Assembly (NCBI GenBank): GCA_977030845.1
Contig: OZ365113.1
Span: 6,324,001-6,388,000 of the forward strand
DNA: 64,000 bases
Direction of reading: 5' to 3'
Source: Fimbriosthenelais zetlandica
Taxonomy: Eukaryota
Both the position numbers and the translations under genes were made by a program. Under the pieces are notes generated by a model. It was not told the origin of the DNA, searched no databases, and was given only the letters and a program-made list of their open reading frames with translations. Positions 36,156-47,135 of the stretch are shown here, one piece after another. Positions within the stretch are counted from its first letter, which is position 1. Every line of letters begins with the position of its first letter.

Positions 36156-36371
36156 TTAAGACATTTTTAAAGACCTTTCGACAAAAAAATGCCGAAATTT
36201 GAGATTTTTTTTATGGCCTTTCAGTCAAAAAAAGCCTAAATTTAAGACTTAAGGCCACAACCAAATTAAGATTTTTTAATGAACTGCGGGGGACCCTGAT
36301 ATATTCATTGTTCTGTATACTTTTGTCTACTTAACAGTCCCTATGATTTCCCCAACTTTATGAATACTCAC

Positions 36372-36501
36372 TGTTGTTTCGTCTTCGTGTAAGACCTGGT
36401 CATATTCACTCATAGCTACACAGAAAATGATAGCTGTAACGTCTTCGAAACAGTGAATCCACTTCTTTCTTTCTGATCTCTGACCACCTACATCGAATAA
36501 T
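36372..36501 (-). CDS. GNAO1: G protein alpha-o, exon 6 (130 nt)
   Basis: [43 protein letters not shown] (G3 box, switch II). Confidence 0.97.
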
Positions 36502-37777
36502 CTGAAAATGCGAGAAATAACCAACAATATAATAAAGGATGTATAGTACAAAATGCAAAATACATAGCCTTCCGATACAGAAACACAAACCATGCTAACA
36601 TTTCCCACTTATCTCCTTATGGAGTTATTATACTGAATCAAATTATTGTTAATTCTTCTTTCATAATTATCTCCTCAAAAGTATAACTTTTTCAATGGAT
36701 AAAAGGGGTAAACAATATTTTTAGAAGGATTAGGTTTTTTTCGTAACATACCAATCCCCTATCATCAGGAAATGTAGATTGATTGCTAGATGGATAAAAC
36801 AGGTCTGTAGCCAGAACAAGTTTTGTTCAATTTTTACCCCGCAAAATGGGATAGGCATTTAACACGTAGACAAAGGCTGGTTTTAAGATTCTTTGGTGGC
36901 CGTTTCAGAATAAGATGCAAAACATTAACCCATAGAAACACAGCTTAAATGTGAAACAGGCCTTTGACTTTTTAATATACCTAGCTTATTTTCATAAAAT
37001 TGCGGAATACCTTTGTTAAAATTCATTGAAAAGGTAAGCAATGAAAATATATCTAATGATTATGGAACTAGTAAAATAAGTGCATATATAGGATAGTAAA
37101 GACACAACATTTCATCTATAGTGAGACTAAGTCATGCTGGGTGTAAGGGGATAGCAGTTACAGGGTGTCATGCTTTAGAAAAAGTTAGAAAAGGTAGGCG
37201 AGAGGTAGGCAGAAATTGGGATACTGTAATAAAATATTGAATAGGGAAGAGGGGTGTTCCTCAATAATCTTGATTCCATTTCTCTGATAGTCTGTTAGTC
37301 AGTCAGTAACTGTCGGTCAGTAACTGAATTAGTCAGTCAGTCGGGTAGTCAGTGAGGTAGTCTCTTAGGCAATTAATCAGTCTGTCAAGGCAGGTAGTCT
37401 GGCACCTGTCAGAGACTATTGTCAGACTCTATTGTCAGACTTTCAATTGCCCACAATTAATACTGGAATACAGAACCCCCGCCCCGACCAATGCTACTTT
37501 TCCAGATGGTGAAACCTTTTGAAAATTTCATCGCGAAAAGTAGGACTAGCCTACTTGCTATGTGAAAAATAGCTTAGTAGCAAACACTTTTGTTAGGAAA
37601 AACACTGTTTTCAGAATTGCAAAAATCTCCAAAGATTATTTTTTAAACAAAAATTGGAAAAGAGTATACTTGCTCCCTCTTAGAACTAGGGCCTACAGAT
37701 GGGCACTGAAACAATCTTGGCAAAAGTGGAAAATTCTTCTATGAAAGACGGGCTTCAAGTTGGCGTCAAGGCACCAG

Positions 37778-37986
37778 TAAAGATGGAACTCCACTGCTGC
37801 GACAGTGCTTGCGACACTACAGCGACAAAGGTGATGCTTGTGTCGCAACAAAATTCATAGATTGTATTTGATGTATCTAAGGCCTTAAGGCGGACATCCA
37901 CTGGTACAGTTCTCATTGCAACACAAGCATCACCTTTGTCGCTATAGTGTCGCAAGCACTGTCGCAGCAGTGGAGTCCCACCTTAA
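37778..37986. mobile_element. MITE family 5 with ~65-bp TIRs (second copy at ~53632-53839)
   Basis: ctccactgctgcgacagtgcttgcgacact...agtgtcgcaagcactgtcgcagcagtggag. Confidence 0.8.
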
Positions 37987-38239
37987 GCACCTTAAAGATT
38001 CTGTGTATTTGCATGGAAACGAAGAAAGGCGTGAAAAACACGTTGAAGCCTAAAATCAAGACATTCCCGTCTAGACTTATCTTTGGTCAGGCTATTTTAG
38101 CTACATATTAATGTATTATATATATCATACCATGCCAGTAAGCTTCAGCATTATAACAGGCCTGCCAGAAGCAATATTATTGGTTCAAATGAGTCTCTTA
38201 AGCTATTTTCACGGTTAGTGACAATTGGGTTTCACTTAC

Positions 38240-38280
38240 GACGCGTTGCGATACCTGAAGTCGTTTGAACAACGCGACAT
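38240..38280 (-). other. Candidate 41-nt (or 26-nt) frame-shifting cassette microexon in the Galpha-o intron after exon 5B
   Basis: Pyrimidine-rich acceptor ctgcacctccccctAG; donors cag|GTATCG and gtc|GTAAGT; CpG-rich sequence within an AT-rich intron. Confidence 0.4.
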
Positions 38281-38449
38281 CTAGGGGGAGGTGCAGCAGA
38301 TGACATGCACCATGATTCGTCCACACTCTACTTTGTTCACCCCTCTAAATTTCCACATTAATTTTTTTTCTGTCTTTCTTAATAGCAAATCTGTTTGAGT
38401 CACACATTTCTGGGGTTGTAATGTCCATTTTAGGACCAGGTGCAGTTAC

Positions 38450-38578
38450 CTGAAGTTCAGTTTTTTAAAGTTGAAGTGCACCTCAACTATACCGGTAGTC
38501 TTAACACGCGTACGTAAGATGTCTTGTTCTGTTGGTGAATAATTCGGCTTTCCTAACCGGTCTAAGCTATTTAGGAAA
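38450..38578 (-). CDS. GNAO1: G protein alpha-o, exon 5B (129 nt, alternative)
   Basis: [43 protein letters not shown]; canonical AG/GT; correct phase 2-2. Confidence 0.9.
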
Positions 38579-39297
38579 CTGTAAACAATGACAGACAAGA
38601 CAAAAGTGTAAGGCCACAATGAAGTGTTTGAACTTAAATAAGAAATGAGGGAAAACACAATTAAAAGAAATCTGGTACACTGGAAACATCGTAATCTGGA
38701 ATAGAAGCGTGATCAGTGTTCCTAGTAAAACCTGGAACACACTAATCCGATTCTCCAATCCATCGCCGTGCGATCGCCCGTATCTAATGGCATCCAATGA
38801 CCGAAATTTTGTCAGTGGTTACCTTGGTCTAGGTGTAAAGGTCTGTTACAAACATTTGGTGTGAATAGAAAGACAGCTATCGGATGGAGCCGGATAGAGA
38901 ATCGGATTAGTGTGCTCCAGGCTTAAGTGAGAGACAACCACAATACGGGACAGAGATGAAGTTGAAGTTGAAGAGAGAAATGTGAAATGACCTATTATTG
39001 CCTAACATCCAAACACTTGACTTTGTGTACTGATGACTGCAAAAGCGCAGTGGAAACATCATAATGAATCCAACAATTCTGACATGTTTAGCACCAAAAT
39101 ATTGATGAAAAGTTTGATGAAACATTATTTCTGACATCATTGTAAAACAATAACTTCGGGCTTTCGAAGAAAACCCCTAATAAAGTATCATTAATTAATT
39201 CGCACAAAGCCAAATGTTTAGTTGAAGACATATTCTAAAAGTGCAGAAAACACTCACATCCACCGGGACACAACAGCTCATGAAGTACAGTACTTAC

Positions 39298-39426
39298 TTG
39301 AAATTTAAGTTCTTAAAGTGGAAGTGTACTTCTACTATTCCAGTAGTCTTTACCCTTGTTCTAAGAATATCTTGCTCAGTGGGCATGTAGTCTTTAGTGC
39401 CTAAACGTTCCAGGTCGTCTAAGAAA
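39298..39426 (-). CDS. GNAO1: G protein alpha-o, exon 5A (129 nt)
   Basis: [43 protein letters not shown]; canonical AG/GT; TACTAAC branch point at 39451-39457. Confidence 0.93.
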
Positions 39427-40428
39427 CTGGAAGGCATTGCATATTGAGTTGTTAGTATACAAGCAATGTTAGTGAAATATGGGAGATTTGTCATAAAGCG
39501 AGAAAAATGAGGGTGAAATAGGTATTTTTCTCCAACGGAACATAACCACCAAAGAGTTTGTGGATTTCCATTGTAAAAACCTGCGATTTTTGGAAGGGTA
39601 ACAAGATGTTAAAGAGAAAGTAGAATCAACAGAAAACCAGATAAATTATCAATATGTATGCGTCAATCAAAAATCAGTATATTGACGATGCATAGGGTAT
39701 CCATTGGTTACCGCCATAATAGCCTCTGAAGCCAGGAACATCCTGGTAAATCTGATAAATTTTGGGAGATTTCTGTCAATTGACTTCCACTTTAACAGTC
39801 CAATTTTAACAAATTCTGTGCATATAATATACCTGTCATAAAATAAATTATCAATCATGTAAAATACATCATATAAAGCCAATATAATATACAGAAATGA
39901 TTAAATTAAAAATAGCACCAATATTTTTTTTTTTTACACTTTTTACACCCAGTCCCTATATATACAGGGCACCGCGCTTTTTTCGGTTTTTGTCCAACAC
40001 AATGCAAAATTATTCTTATAGAACTGGCCAACTCAATTCCTTTCTCATGTACATTCAAACTGATTTCAGACTAAACAGACCCGTTAAGTCCCGTTTATAA
40101 TTCCAAAACCACCCCAACTAGCAACATTAAATTTTTACAATAGCAATTGGTTTTTCTGAGCTTTCTAGATACTTTGACAGTACACATGGGACTAAGCAAG
40201 GGCCCAGTCTTCCACAATCGATTTCTAATTGATCCCTAGTGGCTACCTGATCAGGAGTCTACTGTTAGGCCTTTGGTAGCATAAAACCATAGGCCTATAC
40301 AGGTTGGTTATATACAGTAAAATCTCTATTTAAAGAACAGTTCCCAGTAAAAAAAACATCCTCATAATAGCGAACACATAAGATTCCACTCCAATTTCGA
40401 TGCCAATTCCCCAAGATACTGAGTTGTC

Positions 40429-40834
40429 ATATGTGACGTGTTTTCACTAAATGTGTCTAAAGTCGCAAAAATGGATTACTGATTCGTATAGATCAGATCA
40501 TGTGCATTCCAATGATGTATAGCACAAGAATATGTGAAAAATATTCATATTTTTAATAAAATTTCAAAAAATAAGTAGTGACAGCAAAGACTAGAGAAAA
40601 TGCCCATTCCAGACAATTTTCTGTCCAACTGGAAGATATCTCGAATGGACAACACAAATGTGAAGTTTTCCCAATTTCACTGACAAAAATCGTCATTTGA
40701 AACATTGTATATACTTGATTTTAATGCGAAAATGCCGAGAGAAATAAATAGTTAGTGTACAAAGCTTTCAGGCCTGTAGCGCTGAATGGTCAGGACTGTG
40801 CGATTTTAGACTCATTTAGTGAAAACATCACATA
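40429..40834. mobile_element. MITE family 2 (TIR ATGTGACGTGTTTTCACTAAATGAGTCTAAAGTCGCA), representative copy
   Basis: Related copies or fragments at ~17095-17282, 20680-21075, 32735-32870, 43968-44132 and 45090-45170. Confidence 0.8.
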
Positions 40835-42922
40835 TATTCCGCTCCCTCTGATTAGGGAACACCTCCTCCTTTTCCTCAAAATAATATTCCCAGTATTTAC
40901 GGTATAGGGAGGGATGCTACGGAGCGTTCCTATACTATCACAAGGCATCGGCTTTCCCTCCCATCCCTCCCCTCCCCTCCCCTCCCCGGCTCTCCCCAGC
41001 ATCACACAGAATGAAACCCCAACCAAATCAGAGACCCAACCCTCGTGTTAGCTTTCCCTCTAAAACATACCAAATAACTCGGTCTAACCCAGTTTAAAGT
41101 AGGGATGTGACGATGTTTATTCCCCAATTTAAGCTAAACCCACACAGCTAGCTGTCCGCCATGTTCATGTAAAGTGTGTCGTTGCGTGGAGCCATCAGCA
41201 TAATTTATTTCATCCAGGCTCCTGAGCACACCATGAACGGGACCGTACTGTCCTGCCCACTCGCGGTTCATTCCCGTACTACTAACACCACTGTCTCTCA
41301 CTCAGAAAAGAAGCTTCATTCATGAATGGAATAACCGCCCAACCCTTCGCGATTGGGATTATAATTTTGACGTTAAAATAACATTTGCAGGATCCTAAAT
41401 TAATTTTTATTCCATCCATATTAATTTTAACATTTTTAATAGTGAGGATTATGGAATTTTGTTGGGGAACAGGACAGCCCCCCAAAAAACTTGTATATAG
41501 GGAATACAAATAAAAATGTTTTAAAAACCTTTATGTTCTAAAAAACTAGTATGGGATGTATGCGCTAAATTATGGGATGTTGAAGTTCAATACCGCAGCA
41601 AATTTACTGACAGGTATTCTTCTACATATACGGGTCCATTTCTGATCAATTTCGATTCCAACAAAGGGATAACAGAAGATGTATTAAAATAGCTAAAATA
41701 GGTCGGATAAAATAGTTTATCACTAATTTATGCGAGCACAATCCTTTAAAATTGACCCCATTTGCACACGCCTGTACCATTTTCCAGTACCGGTATTTAG
41801 TGGAACTGCAAAACTAAGGTCTTGATGTATATAGGTTCTATACTACTTTACACCCGTGGTGCAAAAATGAGTTAATTTCCCAATCATACATTGAAACATA
41901 TTAGACACTTTATAGATCAATATACAGAGTGTCTCAAAATTAAAGCATGCCGGGATATTTTACATTTTTAAACATGAGCAGTTTGTTTTCTTGTTCTTCT
42001 CCTTGCATGGTATCCAGATGGCCTTATCAGGAACTAAACATGGCAGATCATAAAATACTGATTGTTAAACAAACATGCTTACAAATCACAATAGTCCTGT
42101 TGAAATCTTACTATTTCTTCTTCCCCCAGGCCCCGCTGATATTTTGATGTTCGGTGGTCCCCCAAGGGTCCCCACCTAGCCACGGACATAAATTTACTGA
42201 CCAACTTCAAGATTTACTTGAACACATGTTATGCTCATTTGCGAAATATTAATTATTTTAAATTTGTATTCTTTTTTAAATTTGTATTTTTAAATGTTAT
42301 TCTCAACCTGCACATTAAAGTATCGGTTTTGACTGACTTTTCCAATCACCCTCACAGTTTTTCCTGAACCGTGGGAACTCTAACCGTTGGATATTTTAGG
42401 AAAGGACATGAAACCAAAAAGGTAAGGATTATTTAAATTGACACCTGACCAACATTGGGAAAATGGATCCTTTCAAGACACCAGATTTATTCTAATGGGT
42501 GTTATAAAAGTACAATGTACCTTATAAGGAAAACCAATAATGTATATTATTATAAATAACTTCCTGTTGTATAGTCTTAAGGCCGGAACACACTAATCCG
42601 ACTCTCCAATCCGTCGCCATCCGAAACCCGTTCTATGTACATGTACATGTACAAGCATTTGGTCTGAATAGAAATATAGGTTCGGATGGAGCTGGAAAGA
42701 GAATCGGACTAGGGGGACCCAGCGAGAAACCTCCTGGCTTAGAACAAGAAATTTGTGACAGATGTATCTGTCATTTTAGGAAAAACCTAACCAGGAAAAT
42801 TGAAGGAAACTCCTAAATACCGACAAATTCCTACATATTATTACATGTCATTGAATAAGAAAAATGTAATTATGTTATTATTTTGACATAATAATTGTTT
42901 TGAATTTGGAATGAAGACTTAC

Positions 42923-43083
42923 TATTTTGCAGAGTCATTAAGTTGGTATTCATTCGACCGCCCAAAACATTCCTGCACGCCTGTATCTGCCCACAGCCTC
43001 TTCATAGCTTGTAGAAGTTCTTCAGAAAATGGCTCTGTGTCTTCCATACGGGCGATCACGTCCAGTACCATCTTTGCGTCCGA
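42923..43083 (-). CDS. GNAO1: G protein alpha-o, exon 4 (161 nt)
   Basis: [54 protein letters not shown]; AG/GT boundaries. Confidence 0.96.
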
Positions 43084-46000
43084 CTGAAATACAAAAAGAA
43101 AATGATTAACATGTATTCAATATGTTTTTTCTCGAAGGGTCAGATACGGTCGCATTGAAGTGTGGCCCTTGCACTTTTCTTATGCTATTCATAACATTCA
43201 TTTTTTTCAAATATTTTAACACAATCTTAGTTGAAATAATAGCATAGAAAATGCATTGCAAGCCATCAAAATTGATATCAATATTAGGAAAAAATACGCT
43301 TAGATTTTGGATCACAGTACATAATTACTTAGTCAGCCAAACTTTTGTCATTAATGTTTTTCAGAATTTCTTTAACCTTTTTAATTTTCTATACATGTAG
43401 TTTAATGCAGTAAAACATATTTAAATGACACATAAATATACAATAACAATGCGCATTATACATTGGCAACAAAAAATGAGTCTATTGGACTGCATCTACT
43501 GCATCCAATGGACAAAAAACATCTCCGAACCGCTGTGCACAATGTGCAAAACTTGACAAGACCACAAGAACATTTTTCTATTTATCCCACGGTCGCTTTC
43601 TTACATAATCGGCAAAACAAATTTGCCAATCTGACGATAATGGCATTTTGGGAAGTTATGACAAATTTTTGAAAAATGTCCTGATTTTGACTTTTCTCAC
43701 AACAGAACTGACAAAGTGTACTAACTGCAGGACAGACTTGAAGCTTTTGTATAGCACTTCCGGACACAATTATTACAAGTGGCAATGCGATATGGAATGT
43801 AATGTGATTCTCCTGAAAACTATCACCGGTTTATAACACTTGGAGATCAATGACCGTAATGGAGCAAGTTGCCATGAATTCAATTAATATAACAAAATTT
43901 AATCCATCAGTTTTCGAGTTTCTACATATATTTTGTGTCAAAAATAAACGTGGTGGGGACATCACAAATATGACGTGTTTTCACTAAATGAGTCCAAAGT
44001 CGCAAAAATGGATTTTGAGTTAGTTGCAGATCCATACCGATCAGATCACGAGCGTTCCATTGATGTATAGCACAAGGAAGTGAATGGTCCTGTGCGACTT
44101 TAGACTCCTTTAGTGAAAACACATCACTTATATACTAGAAGTGGTGTCACATGATATGTTGTCCGAGTGCATCTAGATCGGATTCTAATGCAGTGCTGAA
44201 TCAAACGTTACCTGTTTTTTCTGAATGTGCATTAAAGACAAGCTATATTTTACAGAGGACAATGTTAGATTTCAAATATCAAAGAAATTTAATGATCGCT
44301 TAATAGTGATGTAATTCTATCGTCTGTTTGCATGCTCGACATTTGTAAGCATGGCTCTGTTGCTTGTACCGTTATAAAGCCAGGAAAACACTAATCCGAT
44401 TCATCCGAACCCCTATTTCTAATGGCATCCAACATTTGATTGAAGTTTCGTCAGTGGTTAGCTTAGGTCTGTTCAAATTACAAGCATTTAGAGTGAATCA
44501 AAATATATTTTCAGCCAGATATCGTATGGAGCCGGAGAGAGAATCGGATTAATGTGCTCCAGGCTTAAAGGTGAAATGAAACTATAAAATGTACCCGCCC
44601 CTATTTATTGGAGATTCATCAAACCAAAAGTATCTATCTGTGATTGTTTCATGCTATCATCTGTAGTTTTATAATAATTTTTAACATTACATTTAAAAAA
44701 AAACACTACTTATGAGACTGAAACTTTATAATAGTGAGCATTGGTACAACTATAGTATTCGTGGTTATAGCCTTGGAATAGATTTTCCAACCTTTGTTCT
44801 GATTTTCCTATGTCCCAAACCAGAAGTCAACGACCGGAAGTTCAAATGTACCCCTAAAACTGAAACTGGGGCATGTCCAACTAATCTGATTTAACAGTGG
44901 CATTAAGAAAGACGTGCAAATCATGAAAGCGGCAGATTCTGAGTGAGAAGAATGGTGGAAAGCCCTGAGATTGTTTGTTCTAATCAACCACACATGCATA
45001 GATAGTTGTCTATGTAAGACATATATATATATATTATCCAACTCTTGATTTTCTTGAAGGCAAGCTGCATTTTAACAAGTTAAAGATTTAATGTGACTAA
45101 AATGAGTCTAAAGTTGCAAAGATGGATTTTGAGTTAGTTTCAGATTCGTGCAGATCAGATCACGAGTATAAAAACAATTAAAATCAAAGAATTACTCGGG
45201 ATTGCATATATTATAGAGACAATAGCAGAACAAGTGGAACAATAATAATAATTATGATCAAATTATCGTTAAAAATTAAAAATAGTGGATTGACAGACGG
45301 TGGATTGAAGAAAAAAATGGATCAATTGTCATTAAAGGAAAACTCCCGACTGAAATAACCAAGAATCCAGGAAAGTTTTCAATACAGTAAAACCTCGTTA
45401 GACATTGGACCGCAAAACAATGATCAGGATTATAGCGATGTTATAACACCTCAAGAACTAGGGATACTACAAAAGGTGTTCATTGCCCAGAGGTGTTCTA
45501 AAATCCTGGAACACTAAACAGATTCTCCAATCTATCGGCATCCAATCCCCCATTTCTAATGACATCCAATTTAGTCAGTGGTTAGCCTTACCTAGGAGTA
45601 AAGGTCTGTTCAAATTACAAGCATTTGGTTTGAATAGGAATATAGTTTAGGACAGCTATCAGATGGAGCCGGATAGAGAATCGGATTAGTGTGTTCCAGG
45701 TGTTAAATCAGAAGTGTTCACTAATGGGAGGTTTTACTGTATCCTCAAAGGCTTTGATGTTTGGCCAAATCGACCTAGACCTGGCAGCAGTCGTATATAA
45801 TCAATGTATTTTGGATCCTTCTTAAGGAGTGTAAAAAATGGGCGTGGTGCTATATTTAACCGATCGCTCCTAATCAATAAGATACAATTATTATTATCGG
45901 GGAACTATTGACCTAATTAATCATCTCCGGTCAATTAAATTGTGAAATCTAATTCTTCTAATCGACACAGGAAACAAAAACAAATATTTTGCATTCTAAA

Positions 46001-47057
46001 CTTTTTTCAGAATCTCAGTTCATTTAAGCCTACTTCCGAGTCTTTTCTGTAGCAGAATATGTTCTTATGTCTACCCTGGTCAAGTAACTTTTAAATTAAC
46101 AAATTAAATTTAGTAATTCTTCTAATAGACATAGGAAACATATTTCCATTCAAAAGTTTTCTCAAATTATTTTAAAAGCCTACTTTCAGTCATTTCTTTG
46201 GCAGAATATGGAACTTTAAGGCCTTCCGGGCAATGCGAGAGGTCCATTATGAGCTATATAGGCCTATAATATATCTATAATTCAAAGAAAGGCATGGAAT
46301 GATAGAATTTGATGAATAGTTAGCAATAGATAGATAATTCCAAAGGCAAGGAGCAATGGAGAAATGGGTCTGGGAAGGAGATAGTGAGGGGTATTTTATT
46401 GTATGGTTGTTAGAAATAGGGGTTCGGATGGCGACGGGGTGAAGAATCGGATTAGTGTGTTCCAGGCTTTAGGACATAGCAAGGGTAACCACTGACAAAA
46501 TTTCAATCATTAGATATCATTGGTTCGGATGGCCACGGATTGGAGAATCGGATTCATGTGTTATGCTTTAGGACAATCACTGAATGAAGAAAACACCGGA
46601 ACATCCGATGCTTGCACACCTAGTCTGATCCCAGCTAAAGGTTATTTATGAAAAATGATTTAGAAATATCTGAAAGGTCAATCAAAGATTATAACTGTTT
46701 CAAGTTGCAACAAAAAATTCTAGATAGACTTTACTCTCAATAGTTAGCAATTTAATTGTACATATGGTGACATTGTAAATATAATTGATTTGTTTCTTTT
46801 GTATTTGATGCATGTAGCGTTTATTGTCCTGTATTACTGTAATATTTGTGTGTAATTGAAAAATTGTCTTTTTTTCCTGTTTTTTTTCCTGTTTTATAAT
46901 TTAATTGAGCCCAATTGAGGTCTTTTCACTTGAGACTGAATTTTGTGAAAACCGGCTCATTAGCCGACAACTTTCAGAATAAATTTGCAATAAAAAAAAA
47001 GGTAGATTATACCAATTCTATAGTCTAGTCTAGATCTGTACATCATTGAGCTAAAGA

Positions 47058-47135
47058 AGGGGGCGTGGTTCCCATGGCAACCATCTGGGAGTTGTCAATC
47101 GTCAGGGGACGTTTACGTAAGATACCACTTCCGGT
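47058..47135. promoter_or_regulatory. Intronic promoter/enhancer-like cluster: GC box, RFX X-box, ETS site
   Basis: GGGGGCGTGG; GTTCCCATGGCAAC (47068-47081); CACTTCCGGT (47126-47135). Confidence 0.4.

Noticed and set aside
38240-38290. Peptide CRVVQTTSGI resembling Galpha-s switch I (CRVLTSGI), considered as a third exon-5 copy
   Set aside because: The similarity is limited to a few residues and the length and flanks do not fit a 129-nt exon; treated instead as a candidate poison microexon.
41185-41225. GGAGCC-TGGATGA...CTGA-TGGCTCC on the - strand, resembling a C/D box or SECIS core
   Set aside because: Only ~11 nt separate the boxes, far too short for a snoRNA or a SECIS helix II; likely chance.
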